Part shown: positions 21,963 through 32,444 of the stretch, piece after piece
Layout of the letters: each line of letters begins with the position of its first letter
Numbering within the stretch: the first letter of the stretch is position 1
Source of the DNA: an uncultured Actinomycetes bacterium
GTDB lineage: Bacteria; Actinomycetota; Thermoleophilia; Solirubrobacterales; Solirubrobacteraceae
Reading direction: 5' to 3'
NCBI GenBank assembly: GCA_963721255.1
Contig: CAVRIM010000004.1
Span: 81,190-145,189, forward strand
DNA length: 64,000 bases
Program-made: the position numbers and the translations under genes
The notes under the pieces: generated by a model
Database searches by the model: none
What the model saw: only the letters and a program-made list of their open reading frames with translations
Told to the model about the DNA's origin: nothing

Positions 21963-22516
21963 ACGGTGCGCGTCGGAGCGCCGCCCGTGACGCGGAGCCC
22001 GTGCGGCGTGCCCGGTGGCACGATCAGCGTGTCGCCCTCCCCGAGCCGGATCAGCTCGTCCCCGACCTGCGCCTCGACCGCGCCCTCGAGCACGATCACG
22101 ATCACCTGCCGGTCCGACGTCCGCTGCGGCATGCGGTGTCCCGGCCCCCCGGAGCTCAGGAGCACGGTCGCGACCGGTGTCCGCGCCGCGACCCGCACCT
22201 CACCGTCCGGGTCGTTCCCGGCGTCGAGCGCGAAGATCGGCGCCTCGGCCGCGCGGACGACGCGGGCGCTCTTCTCCTCCTGCACCGCGAGGCCGAACAG
22301 GTCGGCGCCGTGCAGGTCGAGCTCCTGCACGATGCGGGTCAGCATCGCCATGCTCGGGCTCGCGAGGCCCCGCTCGATCTTGCTGAGGTGGGCCGGCGAG
22401 ATCTCGCACTGCCGGGCGAACCCGCGCAACGTCAGCCCGAGCGCCTGACGGCGCCGGCGAATGATCGCGCCGACGGCTTCGGCGCGGTCGCTGGTTGGTG
22501 TCGCGGTTGGCTGCAT
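21905..22516 (-). CDS. XRE-family HTH regulator with C-terminal cupin domain
   Basis: From ATG 22514-22516 inside ORF 21905-23395. [46 protein letters not shown]..., then cupin (VIVIVLEGAVEAQVGDELIRLGEGDTLIVPPGTPHGL). Confidence 0.85.
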   Translation of the reverse strand: MQPTATPTSDRAEAVGAIIRRRRQALGLTLRGFARQCEISPAHLSKIERGLASPSMAMLTRIVQELDLHGADLFGLAVQEEKSARVVRAAEAPIFALDAGNDPDGEVRVAARTPVATVLLSSGGPGHRMPQRTSDRQVIVIVLEGAVEAQVGDELIRLGEGDTLIVPPGTPHGLRVTGGAPTRTVYISSEEGEIAFEPPEPTA

Positions 22517-22539
22517 CTGGCATCGCTGAAGCGCGGATC

Positions 22540-23395
22540 CTACGTCCGCAGGATGAGGCGATTCTGAGACGGATCGGCGACGAGGAATCCCGGCCTCGTC
22601 GTCGAGCGTCGTGAGTCCGGCGTTCGTGAGCCGCGCGAGCGCCTGATCGAGCGCCGCGGCGTCCGGCAGTACGACCTCGAAGGCGTCGAGACCCAGCGCG
22701 CCCGCGGGCGGGGGCGGCGCGCCCGGGCCCTCCCAGGTGTTGGAGCCGATGTGGTGGTGGTAGCCGCCCGCGCTGAGGAAGAGCGCGCCCGGGTAACCGC
22801 GGGTCGTCACGTCGAAGCCGAGCGCGCCGGCGTAGAAGTCCTCGGTCGCGCCGATGTCGGCGACGTTGAGGTGCACGTGCCCCAGGACGGTGTCGCCGGC
22901 CATCTGCGGGGTCGCCGCGTCGGGCAGGTCGGTCATCACCGCGGGGACGTCCAGCGGCAGCGTCGCCATGCGCACCGCGCCGTCGTCCCAGTCCCACTCC
23001 TCGGGCAGCCGGTCGCGATAGATCTCGATCCCGTTGCCCTCGGGGTCGCGCAGGTAGACCGCCTCGCTGACGAGGTGATCCGAGGCGCCGGTGAACGACC
23101 AGCCCGCCTCGGTCACGCGCCGGATCGCCGCGGCGAGCTGCGCGCGGCCCGAGACGAGCAGCGCAAGGTGGAACAGCCCCGTGGTCCCGTCCGGCCGCGG
23201 ATCCGCCGCGGAGCGGTGCAGCAGCTCGACGAGCGGCTCGCCGTCGCCGGCGCCCAGGACCACGCGGTCGTGCGAGCGCTCGAGCGCGCGCAGGCCGATC
23301 GCGAGCTCGTAGAACTGCGTCATTCCCTCGAGGTCGTGGACGCGCAGGCGCACCCGGCCGAGACGAGTCCGAGGATCGATGCTCGAGGTCTCCAC
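22540..23395 (-). CDS. VOC-family (glyoxalase/extradiol dioxygenase-like, two-domain) protein, frame interrupted once (~22590)
   Basis: N-terminal 270 aa of ORF 21905-23395 (RVRLRVHDLEGMTQFYE...HLALLV...LGHVHLNVADIGATEDFYAGALGF...GGYHHHIGSNTW). After gggattCctc the alternative frame reads LVADPSQNRLILRT*, a typical family C-terminus, with the stop at 22540-22542. Confidence 0.8.
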
Positions 23396-23428
23396 GCGAG
23401 AGACGCTAGCGCGTCATCCTGTGGCCTG

Positions 23429-23930
23429 ATGAGCGCCTCGATCGCACCGCCCGGAGACTGGACCGTCGACCCCGCGCGCTCGCGCGTCGGCTGGTCGGTC
23501 AAGCACCTCGGCGTCAGCACCGTGCACGGCAGCGCGGGTGATTTCAGCGGGGCGCTGACCGGCGGTCGCGCGACCGGCACGGTCGCCGCCGCGTCGCTGC
23601 AGACCGACGATCCCAAGCGCGACGAGTACGTGCGCTCCGAGGACTTCCTCGACGCGGATGCGTTCCCGCAGCTGCGCTTCACCGCCGACGTGTCGGACCT
23701 CACCGACGGGGCGCTGCCCGGCGAGCTGACGATCCGGGACGCGACCCTGCCGCTGACGCTGCACGTGCAGCGCTCGGAGGCCGGCGAGGATGAGGTCCGC
23801 CTCGAGCTGACCGGAACCGCGCTGCGCCGCGCCTACGGTCTGCGCTTCCCGCAGGCGTTCGGCGCCGCCGACCGCTCGGTCACGGACGAGGTCGAGCTCG
23901 TGCTGGACCTCGTGCTCGTGCCCCGCCTGA
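23429..23930 (+). CDS. YceI-family protein, probable 1-nt insertion just before the stop (~23922)
   Basis: ATG 23429 inside ORF 22751-24379. WTVDPARSRVGWSVKHLGVSTVHGSAGDFSG...LQTDDPKRDEYVRSEDFLDADAFPQLRF. Removing one C from gtgCCCCgcc gives ...LVLVPA*, with the stop at 23928-23930. Otherwise the frame runs antisense through the next gene. Confidence 0.7.
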
Positions 23931-23938
23931 GCCGCCGG

Positions 23939-24295
23939 TCAGTTCACCACGATCAGGACCGCGGTCGCCAGGCCCAGCACGGCGGCGCCCAGCAGCGTCC
24001 CGACCATCACCCGGTCGTCGGCGTGCACGTACTCGCCGAGCGGCAGCGCGCGCTCGAGGTCACGCCGGCGGAGCACGGCGTAGGCGAGGATGACGACGCC
24101 GAGCACGGCGTAGCCGGCGCCGATCACCTCGTACGGCCAGGCCGTCGTGCTCTCGGACACCGACGGGACGAGCTTGCCGATCGCGAGCGCCACCGCCGCG
24201 AAGCCGAGGCCGGTGCGGATCCAGGCGAGCCAGGTGCGTTCGGCGGCGAGCCAGGTGCGCCGCGTCGCGTCACCGGTGTCGAACGGGTCGGCCAT
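23939..24295 (-). CDS. DUF202 (YidH-like) small membrane protein
   Basis: C-terminal 118 aa of ORF 23939-25036, from ATG 24293-24295. RRTWLAAERTWLAWIRTGLGFAAVALAIG, then two further TM segments. Confidence 0.7.
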   Translation of the reverse strand: MADPFDTGDATRRTWLAAERTWLAWIRTGLGFAAVALAIGKLVPSVSESTTAWPYEVIGAGYAVLGVVILAYAVLRRRDLERALPLGEYVHADDRVMVGTLLGAAVLGLATAVLIVVN

Positions 24296-24345
24296 CGCGC
24301 CGCAATCTTCGCAGGCCGCCCGGGGAATCTGGGAGAGTCGGATCC

Positions 24346-25138
24346 ATGCGCACGCTCTGGATCGTCGTGCTGGCCGTGACGGCGGCGCTCTGCGGTGACG
24401 CCGTCCGCGGGCGCGATCGAGTCGATCCAGCGCGTCGACGGCGGCGCCGTGCCGAACATCTCCGGAACGAAGGCCCGGCCCCGCGCGGTCGCCCTCACGG
24501 TCCACCTCTTCTTCGACTCGATCGCCCCCGACCTCGACCGGGGCGTCCAGTTCGCGACCGCCCACGGCGACGTCTACTTCCCCAAGGAGGGGCTCACGAA
24601 CAACAAGCTGTTCCCGTCCTGCGCGCCGGCCACGGTGCTCGTCGACGAGCACCGCTGCCCGGCCGGCTCGCGGGTCGCGACCGGCACCGCCCGCGGCGTC
24701 GGGCTCGGCCTGGACGAGGACGTCACGCTCACGTTCTTCAACCTGCCCGACGGCAAGGGCGACGCCGTCCTGGTGGTCGGGAACAGCCCGCTGATCATCC
24801 GCGACATCGTGATCGTCAACCTCACGATCCTGACCAGGGATCCGATCTACAAGTACCGGCTCTCGTTCGACGTCCCGAAGGATCTGCAGTCGCCCGCCCC
24901 GGGCGTCATCGCCGCCATCAAGGACCTGCGCGTGTTCGTGCCGATCCAGTACCTGAAGCGGAACGGCAGGTACGTGAAGAAGCGCAACGGCCAGCGGATC
25001 CCCTACATCGCCACGACCGGCTGCGCGGCGGGTCACTGGATGGCCAAGTACGTGGCGCAGTACACGACGTCGTTCGACGGCGCGATCGAGAGCTCGCAGA
25101 CGATCGAGGACTCGGTCCCCTGCGCGCAGGGGAAGTAG
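24346..25138 (+). CDS. hypothetical secreted protein, frame interrupted once (~24392)
   Basis: Signal peptide MRTLWIVVLAVTAALCG (ORF 24346-25224), then ORF 24395-25138 (TPSAGAIESIQRVDGG...). No family recognised. Confidence 0.55.
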
Positions 25139-25144
25139 CGGCCG

Positions 25145-25942
25145 TCAGGCCGCGGCGCGGCTGCGCAGCGCGTCCGCCGTCGCGGCGTCGAGCGGGAAGA
25201 ACGACTCGATCGCGAGCTCGCTGACGGTCACGTCGACCGCCGTCGAGAACGTCGTCGCCGTGCTGATGAAGCGCAGCTCACGGTCCTCGTGGCGCAGGAC
25301 GATCGGGATCGCGATGCCGCCGAGGTCCAGGTCGGCGACGGCCGCCGCGTCGCCGCCCGGCAGCGCGGCGAGCTCCTCGTGCAGCGCCGCGAGCGCCGGA
25401 TCCCCGCTGAGCACGGCCTGGCGACCGAGGCCGTCCAGCAGGTGCGCGCGCCACTCCGCGAAGTTCACGATCCGCGGCGCGAGCCCGTCGGGGTGCAGGC
25501 TCAGGCGCATCACGTTGACCGGCGGCTCGAGCAGGTGCGCGGCCACGCCGTCGGTGAACAGCGTGACCGCGCTGTTGGCGAGCACGAGCCCCCAGTGGCG
25601 GTCGACGACGATCGCCGGGTAGGGCTCGTGGCCGGCGAGGATCCGCTCGAGCGTCTCGCGGACCGGCCCCATCTCCGGCTCGTCGAGCCCGCGCTGGGCG
25701 AACGCCGGCGCGTAGCCCGCGGCCAGCAGCAGCGCGTTGCGCTCGCGCAGCGGCACCTCGAGCTGCTCGGCGAGGCGCAGCACCATCTCGGTGCTGGGGC
25801 GTGAGCGGCCCGTCTCGATGAAGCTGAGGTGCCGCGACGAGACGCCCGCCTCGAGCGCGAGGTCGAGCTGGGTGAGCCGGCGCCTGCCGCGCCACTCGCG
25901 CAGCAGGTCGCCGATGCTGGGGCGGATCGCGACGTCGCTCAT
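25145..25942 (-). CDS. MmyB-like helix-turn-helix transcriptional regulator
   Basis: ORF 25145-25942. LREWRGRRRLTQLDLALEAGVSSRHLSFIETGRSRPSTEMVLRLAEQLEVPLRERNALLLAAGYAP. Intact. Confidence 0.85.
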   Translation of the reverse strand: MSDVAIRPSIGDLLREWRGRRRLTQLDLALEAGVSSRHLSFIETGRSRPSTEMVLRLAEQLEVPLRERNALLLAAGYAPAFAQRGLDEPEMGPVRETLERILAGHEPYPAIVVDRHWGLVLANSAVTLFTDGVAAHLLEPPVNVMRLSLHPDGLAPRIVNFAEWRAHLLDGLGRQAVLSGDPALAALHEELAALPGGDAAAVADLDLGGIAIPIVLRHEDRELRFISTATTFSTAVDVTVSELAIESFFPLDAATADALRSRAAA

Positions 25943-25951
25943 GCCCGGACG

Positions 25952-26389
25952 CTACCGGCCGCGCGCACGGCGGACGCCGAGCAGCTGCGCGTCGGCGAAG
26001 CCCGCCACGAGCAGCCCCTGCATCACGATCCAGACCGAGCCGGTCGTGGTCGGCGAGTGCCAGCCCGCGATCACCAGGGCGATGCTCGCCGCGCACCAGA
26101 CGAGGTTGCCGATCGCGATCAGCCGGCTCGTGCCGAGCGAGACCCGCGGCCGCGATGCGGTGAACCAGGCGTACGCGGCGTAGGCCACGCTGAACGCGCC
26201 GACCGCGCGCAGGAAGCCGCTCGGCAGGCCGAGCAGGTCGCCGATCGGGCCGGCCGCGACGACGTACGCGACGCCGGTTCCGGCGCTGGCGACGGCGTCG
26301 ACCCGCAGCGCCGCGCGCAGCAGACCGTCGCGGGGCCTCGCAGCGGCTGCGGCGCCGGTCGCGGGAAGTGCCTGTGTCTGGGTGCTCAT
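25952..26389 (-). CDS. hypothetical 4-TM membrane protein
   Basis: C-terminal 145 aa of ORF 25952-26770, from ATG 26387-26389, preceded by GGAGGA. Hydrophobic segments. Lies 9 nt upstream of the MmyB-like regulator, so probably in the same operon. Confidence 0.6.
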   Translation of the reverse strand: MSTQTQALPATGAAAAARPRDGLLRAALRVDAVASAGTGVAYVVAAGPIGDLLGLPSGFLRAVGAFSVAYAAYAWFTASRPRVSLGTSRLIAIGNLVWCAASIALVIAGWHSPTTTGSVWIVMQGLLVAGFADAQLLGVRRARGR

Positions 26390-26513
26390 GAGTCCTCCGT
26401 TCGGGTGGTCGTCATCGACATGACCCAGGCTCCCGGACGGCGTGCGGCGCGTCGATGACCTCGGAGGTAATGCTCGGAGTGAGGCGATCCGAGGCCCTGT
26501 GGATACTCCACGC

Positions 26514-29500
26514 ATGTCGCCTCGGAGCGTTCTGCCCGTCGTCGTCCTCACCGTCGCGCTCGCCGTGCCCGGCGCGGCCGGCGCCGCGATCCTCGGGCCC
26601 GGCGAGAACGCGCTCGTCTCGATCCCCGATGGGTTCGGCGGTGCGCCCGCACCGTCGGTCGGAACGAGTCGTACGGGGGCCACGGCCGCGAGCGACGACG
26701 GCTGCCGGATCGCCTTCAACTCCCAGGCCGACGACCTGTCCACCGGCGACGACGACAGCGTCACCAACATCTACGTCCGCGACCGCTGCCAGGCCGTACC
26801 GACCACGACGCTCGTCTCGCGCGGCACGGGAGCCGCCGGCGTCGGGGCGAACGGCGATTCGATCTCTCCGTCGATCTCCGCCGACGGCACGGTCGTCGCG
26901 TTCAGCTCGGCCGCGACGAACCTCGCGGGCGCGAGCGAGAATCCCGTCGCTGACGCCAACGGCGTCGACGACGACGTCTTCGTCCGCGACCTGACCACGA
27001 ACAGGACCTACCTCGCGACCCGGCAGACCGGGCTCGCAGGCGCGATGGCCACCAGCGTCGACGCGACCTCCCCGGTCGTCACCGTCGCGGGCGGCAAGAT
27101 CCTCGTCGTCTTCGACGCGTTCACCGATGCATTGGCCGCCGGTGACACGAACGGCAGGCGCGACGCGTTCCTGCGCAACGTCACCGACGGCATCACGAGC
27201 CTCGTGAGCGCGAAGAACGCGACGGCGGCAACCGAGAGCACGACCGGGTTCGCCACCAACCCGGCGATCTCCGAGGACGGCGCCTGGGTCGCGTTCAGCT
27301 CAAACGCCACCGACCTCAACGCGCTCGACACCACGGGCTCACGAGACATCTACGTGCGCAACGTCGCCGGGACCAACCAGACGCTGCTCGCGAGCCGCAC
27401 CGCGGCGAACGCTCCATCGAACGGCGACGCGGGGCGCCCGGCGATCAACGCGAACGGGACCGTAGTCGCGTTCACCTCGAACGCGACGAACCTCCAGCCG
27501 CTTGTGGACGCCGACACGGGCAGCGACATCTACGCGTCGGTGCGCGCAGCGGACTTCGGCGCGGCGCAGCTCATCAGTCGCGCGACGGGAGCCGCGGGAA
27601 CACGCGCCGACGACGAGTCGTTCGGACCGGCGATCGACGACGCCGGGCTGCGGATCGCATTCCAGACGCGGGCGGGCAACCTCGCGGCCGGCGACGCCAA
27701 CGCGGACATCGACATCTACATGCGCAACCGCGCCGACGACTCGACGACGCTACTGAGCCGGACAGCGGCGGGCGACACGACGCTGCTGGGCACGTACGCG
27801 GACGCCGCGCTCTCCGGTGACGGCCTGCGCGTCGCCTTCGCCGCGCTGGGCGCGGATGCCTACACGCCCGACGCCGACGGGGACGGCCCGGTCGTGCTGA
27901 CGCGCACGATCGGCCCGCCCCTCGGGACATCCGAGCTGGTCTCGCGACCGGCGGGCAGCGGCCCGTTCAAAGGGCTCGCGGGGGAGAACAGCGTGGCCGG
28001 TCCGCTCCCGGTGGTCTCGCCCGACGGGCGCTTCGTGGCGTTCACGTCCGCGGCGGACGCGCTGCCGACGTTCGGCTCCTCCACCGCGCAGCACGTCTAC
28101 CTGCGCGACATGCTGCTCGGAACGACCACGCTCGTCTCACGCGCCGACGGCGCCGACGGGGCGGCGGCGGGGGCGGCCAGCTTCGCGGCGGCGACCGCGG
28201 TCAGCGCCGACGGGCGGAAGGTCGCGTTCGTCAGCAGCGCGGCCAACCTCGTGAGCGGCGACACGAACGGGAAGCTCGACGCGTTCGTCCGCGACCTCGG
28301 CGCGGGGCACACGACGCGCCTGGGCCGGCCGGCCGCCGGTTCGCCCCCCGGCTTCGTCGAGATCGCGCAGGGCGCGCCGGTCCTGAGCGCCGACGGGACG
28401 CTCGCGGCGTACGCGACGGACGCGTCGCTGTCAGCAGCTGATGCGGGGACGACCACTGACGTCTACGTCGAGAGCCTCGTGACCGGCGCCCAGACCCTTG
28501 TGAGCCGCGCCGCAGGCCCCGGCGCGCAGGGCGACCAGCCGTCCTACTCCCCGTCGCTGAGCGCCGACGGCAGCCGCGTCGCGTTCGTCAGCACAGCGGC
28601 GAATCTCGTCACCGGCGATGCGAACGGCACCAGCGACGTCTTCGTCCGTGACCTCAGCTCCGGCTCGGTGACACTCGCCTCGCGCTCGGACGGCGCGGCC
28701 GGCGCGCTGGGGACGGCGGACTCGCGACAGCCGTCGCTGAACGCCGACGGCTCGCGCGTGGCGTTCCAGAGCTATTCCGACCTGACCGGTCCCACCGCCT
28801 CGAGCGGCAACATCTTCGTGCGCGACCTGACCGCCGGCACCACCGTGCTCGCCAGCCGCGCCGACGGCCCGGCCGGGGCGTCGGGGGACCAGGGCTCGGC
28901 CGACCCGTCGCTCAGCGCCGACGGGACGCGCGTGCTGTTCGGCTCGGCGGCCACGAACTTCCCCGGGGCGACCGCGCCCGCGAGCCTCTACCGCGTCTTC
29001 CTGCGCGACCTGACGGCCGGCACGACGGAGCTCGTCTCGCGAGGCCCGGGCGTCACCGGAACGCCCGCCGTCGCCAGCGCCGGGGGCGGCGCGGTCAGCG
29101 GCGGCGGCACATGCGCCGTGTTCGCCACGAGCGCTCCCGAAATCGTCGCGGGCGTCACGCACTCCGACGGCAGGCTCGTCTACGAGCGCGGTCTCCGCGG
29201 CGAGTGCCCGGCCGTCGCGCCGGACACGTCGATCACGTCGGGCCCGACCGGTCTCACCCGGGACCGGAGTCCCGCGTTCGGGTTCGCCTCCGATGAGGCC
29301 GGGGCCACGTTCGCCTGCGTCATGGACGGCGGCGCCGCGCAGTCATGCACGCCCGGCTTCAAGCCCGCGGTGCTGAGCGACGGCGCACATGCCCTGCGCG
29401 TGACGGCCCGCGACCCTGCGGGCAACGCCGACCTGACGCCGGCGGAGCGTGCGTTCACCGTCGACGGAACCGCGCCGGTCATCACGCGCGTCGCGGCGAA

Positions 29501-29891
29501 GCCGTCGAAGTTCCGCGTCGTGGCGGCGAAGCGCCGCGCCAGGCGGTCTGCGGCGACCGGCGGGACGAAGCTCGGCTTCCGCCTCAGCGAGCCGGCCGCC
29601 GTCGCGGTCGCGGTCGCGGTCGAGCTGCCAGGGCGCAGGTCCGGCAAGCGCTGCGTGGCGCCGCGCAAGGGCCGCCCGGTGCCGAGGCGCTCGCGCTGCG
29701 TGCGCCTGCAGACGGTGACGACGCTGCGCAGCAGCCTGGCAGCGGGGACGCACTCCGTCAGCGTCACGGGACGCTTCGGCAAGAAGGTGCTGAAGCCCGG
29801 CAAGCACCGGCTGACGATCACGGCCACCGACGCAGCCGGGAACTCGAGCGCGGCGCGATCCGTCCGCGTCACGGTGCTGAAGCCGCGCTGA
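26514..29891 (+). CDS. large secreted protein: 14 PD40/TolB-like beta-propeller repeats plus C-terminal Ig-like domains
   Basis: ATG 26514 within ORF 26442-29891. Signal peptide MSPRSVLPVVVLTVALAVPGAAGA. I counted 14 repeats of the pattern S-x-S-A-D-G-x-x-V-A-F-x-S-x-A-x-N-L...D-V-F-V-R-D-L. The tail reads DTSITSGP...FACVMDGG...HALRVTARDPAGNAD. No frame break in 3.4 kb. Confidence 0.85.
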   Translation: MSPRSVLPVVVLTVALAVPGAAGAAILGPGENALVSIPDGFGGAPAPSVGTSRTGATAASDDGCRIAFNSQADDLSTGDDDSVTNIYVRDRCQAVPTTTLVSRGTGAAGVGANGDSISPSISADGTVVAFSSAATNLAGASENPVADANGVDDDVFVRDLTTNRTYLATRQTGLAGAMATSVDATSPVVTVAGGKILVVFDAFTDALAAGDTNGRRDAFLRNVTDGITSLVSAKNATAATESTTGFATNPAISEDGAWVAFSSNATDLNALDTTGSRDIYVRNVAGTNQTLLASRTAANAPSNGDAGRPAINANGTVVAFTSNATNLQPLVDADTGSDIYASVRAADFGAAQLISRATGAAGTRADDESFGPAIDDAGLRIAFQTRAGNLAAGDANADIDIYMRNRADDSTTLLSRTAAGDTTLLGTYADAALSGDGLRVAFAALGADAYTPDADGDGPVVLTRTIGPPLGTSELVSRPAGSGPFKGLAGENSVAGPLPVVSPDGRFVAFTSAADALPTFGSSTAQHVYLRDMLLGTTTLVSRADGADGAAAGAASFAAATAVSADGRKVAFVSSAANLVSGDTNGKLDAFVRDLGAGHTTRLGRPAAGSPPGFVEIAQGAPVLSADGTLAAYATDASLSAADAGTTTDVYVESLVTGAQTLVSRAAGPGAQGDQPSYSPSLSADGSRVAFVSTAANLVTGDANGTSDVFVRDLSSGSVTLASRSDGAAGALGTADSRQPSLNADGSRVAFQSYSDLTGPTASSGNIFVRDLTAGTTVLASRADGPAGASGDQGSADPSLSADGTRVLFGSAATNFPGATAPASLYRVFLRDLTAGTTELVSRGPGVTGTPAVASAGGGAVSGGGTCAVFATSAPEIVAGVTHSDGRLVYERGLRGECPAVAPDTSITSGPTGLTRDRSPAFGFASDEAGATFACVMDGGAAQSCTPGFKPAVLSDGAHALRVTARDPAGNADLTPAERAFTVDGTAPVITRVAAKPSKFRVVAAKRRARRSAATGGTKLGFRLSEPAAVAVAVAVELPGRRSGKRCVAPRKGRPVPRRSRCVRLQTVTTLRSSLAAGTHSVSVTGRFGKKVLKPGKHRLTITATDAAGNSSAARSVRVTVLKPR

Positions 29892-29906
29892 GCGACACGT
29901 GGAGCT

Positions 29907-32175
29907 TCAAGGGGTCGGACTCGTGCGCCTGGCCTCGAAGCGGCGCAGCCGCAGGGCGTTGGCGACGACGCTCACGCTGGAGCAGGCCATCGCCGCGGAG
30001 GCGATGACCGGGCTGAGCAGGCCGATCGGCGGCGAGCGGAATCGCGGCGACGTTGTAGCCGAACGCCCAGGCGAGGTTCTGCTTGATCACGCGCAGCGTC
30101 GCGCGGCTGAGGCGAAGCGCGTCGGAGGCGGCTGCGCAGGTCGCCGCTGACGAGCGTGAGGTCGGATGCCTCGATCGCGACGTCGGTGCCGGTCCCGATC
30201 GCGAGGCCCAGGTCGGCCTGCGCGAGCGCAGGGGCGTCGTTGACGCCGTCACCGACCATCGCGACGACCCTGCCCTTCGCCCTGGAGGCGGCGGATGACG
30301 TCGGCCTTGTCCGCGGGCAGCACTTCGGCGATCACCTCGTCGATCCCGACCTCGGCGGCGACGGCCTGCGCGGTCGCCAGGTTGTCGCCGGTCAGCAGCA
30401 CGGGACGCAGCCCGAGCTGCTTCAGGCGCGCGACGGCCTCGGCGGACGTCGGCTTCACGGTGTCGGCGACCACGAAGACCGCCCGGGCGCTCCCGTCCCA
30501 GCCGGCCGCGATCGCGGTCTGCCCGCGGCGCTCGGCCGCGGTGCGCGCGCGGTCGAGCTCGGGCGGAAGCTCCATCCCCCAGTCGGCCAGCAGCGCCGGG
30601 CGCCCGACGACGAGCGCGTGTCCGTCGACGACGCCTTCGACGCCGAGGCCGTCACGGCTCGTGAAGGCCTCGACGGTCGGGCAGCGCGCCGAGCTTCGCC
30701 AGCGCCTCCTGCGCGATCGCCTGGGCGATCGGATGCTCGGACGCGTTCTCGAGCGCGCCGACGAGCCGCAGCGCCTCGTCGGCGCGTCGACGCCGTCGGC
30801 GACGGTGACCTCGGTGAGGCTCATCCTGCCGGTGGTGACGGTGCCGGTCTTGTCGAGCACGATCGTGTCGACCTTGCGCGTGGACTCGAGGATCTCCGGG
30901 CCCTTGATGAGCAGCCCGAGCTGGGCGCCGCGCCCGGTGCCGACCATCAGCGCCGTCGGCGTCGCGAGGCCCAGCGCACACGGGCAGGCGATGATCAGGA
31001 CCGCGACGGCCGCGGTGAACGCGAACGTCGCGCCCTCCCCCGCTCCGAGCCAGAAGCCGAGCGTGGCGACGGCCAGCGCGATGACGACCGGCACGAAGAT
31101 CCCGGAGATGCGGTCGGCCAGGCGCTGGATCGGCGCCTTGCCGGTCTGCGCGTCGGTGACGAGGCGGGCGATCTGCGCGAGCGCGGTGTCGGCGCCGACC
31201 TTCGTGGCGCGCACGATCAGGCGGCCGCCGAGGTTGACGGTCGCGCCCGCGACCTCGGAGCCGGGGCGCACGTCGACGGGGACGGACTCGCCCGTCAGCA
31301 GCGCCATGTCGACGGCGGAGATCCCGTCCTCGACGACGCCGTCGGTGGCGACCTTCTCGCCCGGCCGCACGACGAAGCGGTCACCGGCGTGGAGCTGGTC
31401 GATCGGGACGCGGCGCTCGGCGCCGTCCGGCTCGAGCAGCGCGACGTCCTTGGCGCCGAGCTCGAGCAGCGCCTTGAGCGCGGCCCCGGCGCGGCGCTTG
31501 GCGCGCAGCTCGAAGTAGCGGCCGGCGAGGATGAAGGTCGTGACGATCGAGGCGGTCTCGAGGTAGATCTGGCTCGACCCGTCGCCGGTCTGCGGGAGCA
31601 GCTCGAACTGCATGCGCATGCTCGGCATCCCCGCGTCGCCGAGGAACAGCGCGTACATCGACCACAGCCAGGCCGACGAGCGTGCCGAGGCTGATCAGCG
31701 TGTCCATCGTCGCGGTGCCGTGCCTCAGGTTCGCCCAGGCCGCGCGGTGGAAGCGGCCACGCGCCCCAGAGCACGACCGGGCGTCGCCATCTGCAGCGAC
31801 AGCCACTGCCAGTTGTCGAACTGGAGCGCGGGGATCATCGACATCAGCAGCACCGGGATCGACAGCGCGGCGCTGAAGATCAGGCGCGTGCGGTACGGCG
31901 CGCTCGGGTCGTCCTCGGGCGCGTCGCCCGCGGGCTCGCCGCTCGGCTGCGGGAAGGCTCGCCCGGTAGCCGGCGGCCTCGACGGCGCCGACGAGCTCGT
32001 CCGCGCCGACCGCCGCGGGATCGAAGTCCACCGTCGCCTTCTCGGTCGCGTAGTTGACGCTCGCCGTGACGCCCTCGAGCTTGTTCAGCCGGCGCTCGAT
32101 CCGGTTCGCGCACGATGCGCAGGTCATCCCGGTGATCGGAAGTTCGACGTGCTCGGTGTTCGTCGCGGAGGTCAT
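29907..32175 (-). CDS. copA: copper-translocating P1B-type ATPase, reading frame interrupted about 9 times
   Basis: Collinear pieces in all three frames (ORFs 31381-32175, 31295-31774, 30249-31658, 30652-30981, 29972-30259, 29869-30252, plus my third-frame tail [38 protein letters not shown]). Motifs present: [57 protein letters not shown]. Breaks are at ~31925, 31775, 31755, 31665, 30785, 30675, 30270, 30135 and 30030. Confidence 0.85.
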
Positions 32176-32202
32176 GGCGGTGGTCCTCGGTCGCGGGGTG
32201 GT

Positions 32203-32419
32203 TCAGGCGACGTCGTAGCCGGCGTCGTCGATGGCGTTGCGGATCGGCGGCGTCGTCGAGGGCGGCGCCGGTGACGACGACCTTCTTGGCCGCGAGGTCG
32301 ACGGCGACGGCGGAGACGCCGTCGAGCTTCGCGACCTCGTCCGTGATGGCGACGCGGCAGTGCTCGCAGCTGACGCCCGGGACGGCGTAGGTGATCTGGG
32401 TGGTGGCGGTGTCGGTCAT
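32203..32419 (-). CDS. copZ: copper chaperone (HMA domain), frame interrupted once (~32243)
   Basis: ATG 32417-32419 gives MTDTATTQITYAVPGVSCEHCRVAITDEVAKLDGVSAVAVDLAAKKVVVTGAALDDAA. The alternative frame then gives IRNAIDDAGYDVA*, with the stop at 32203-32205. Confidence 0.82.
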
Positions 32420-32444
32420 CGGAGTCGTCCTTGCTGGTGGTGGT

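Noticed and set aside
21905-23395. 496-aa ORF as a VOC-dioxygenase::XRE-cupin fusion protein
   Set aside because: The junction peptide looks non-native. A 1-nt shift at ~22590 gives a canonical VOC C-terminus (LVADPSQNRLILRT*). The regulator has its own ATG at 22516.
26411-26424. GTCAT-CGAC-ATGAC inverted repeat upstream of the membrane-protein/MmyB-like operon as an operator
   Set aside because: The arms are only 5 bp and are expected by chance. There is no second copy or known consensus to compare with.
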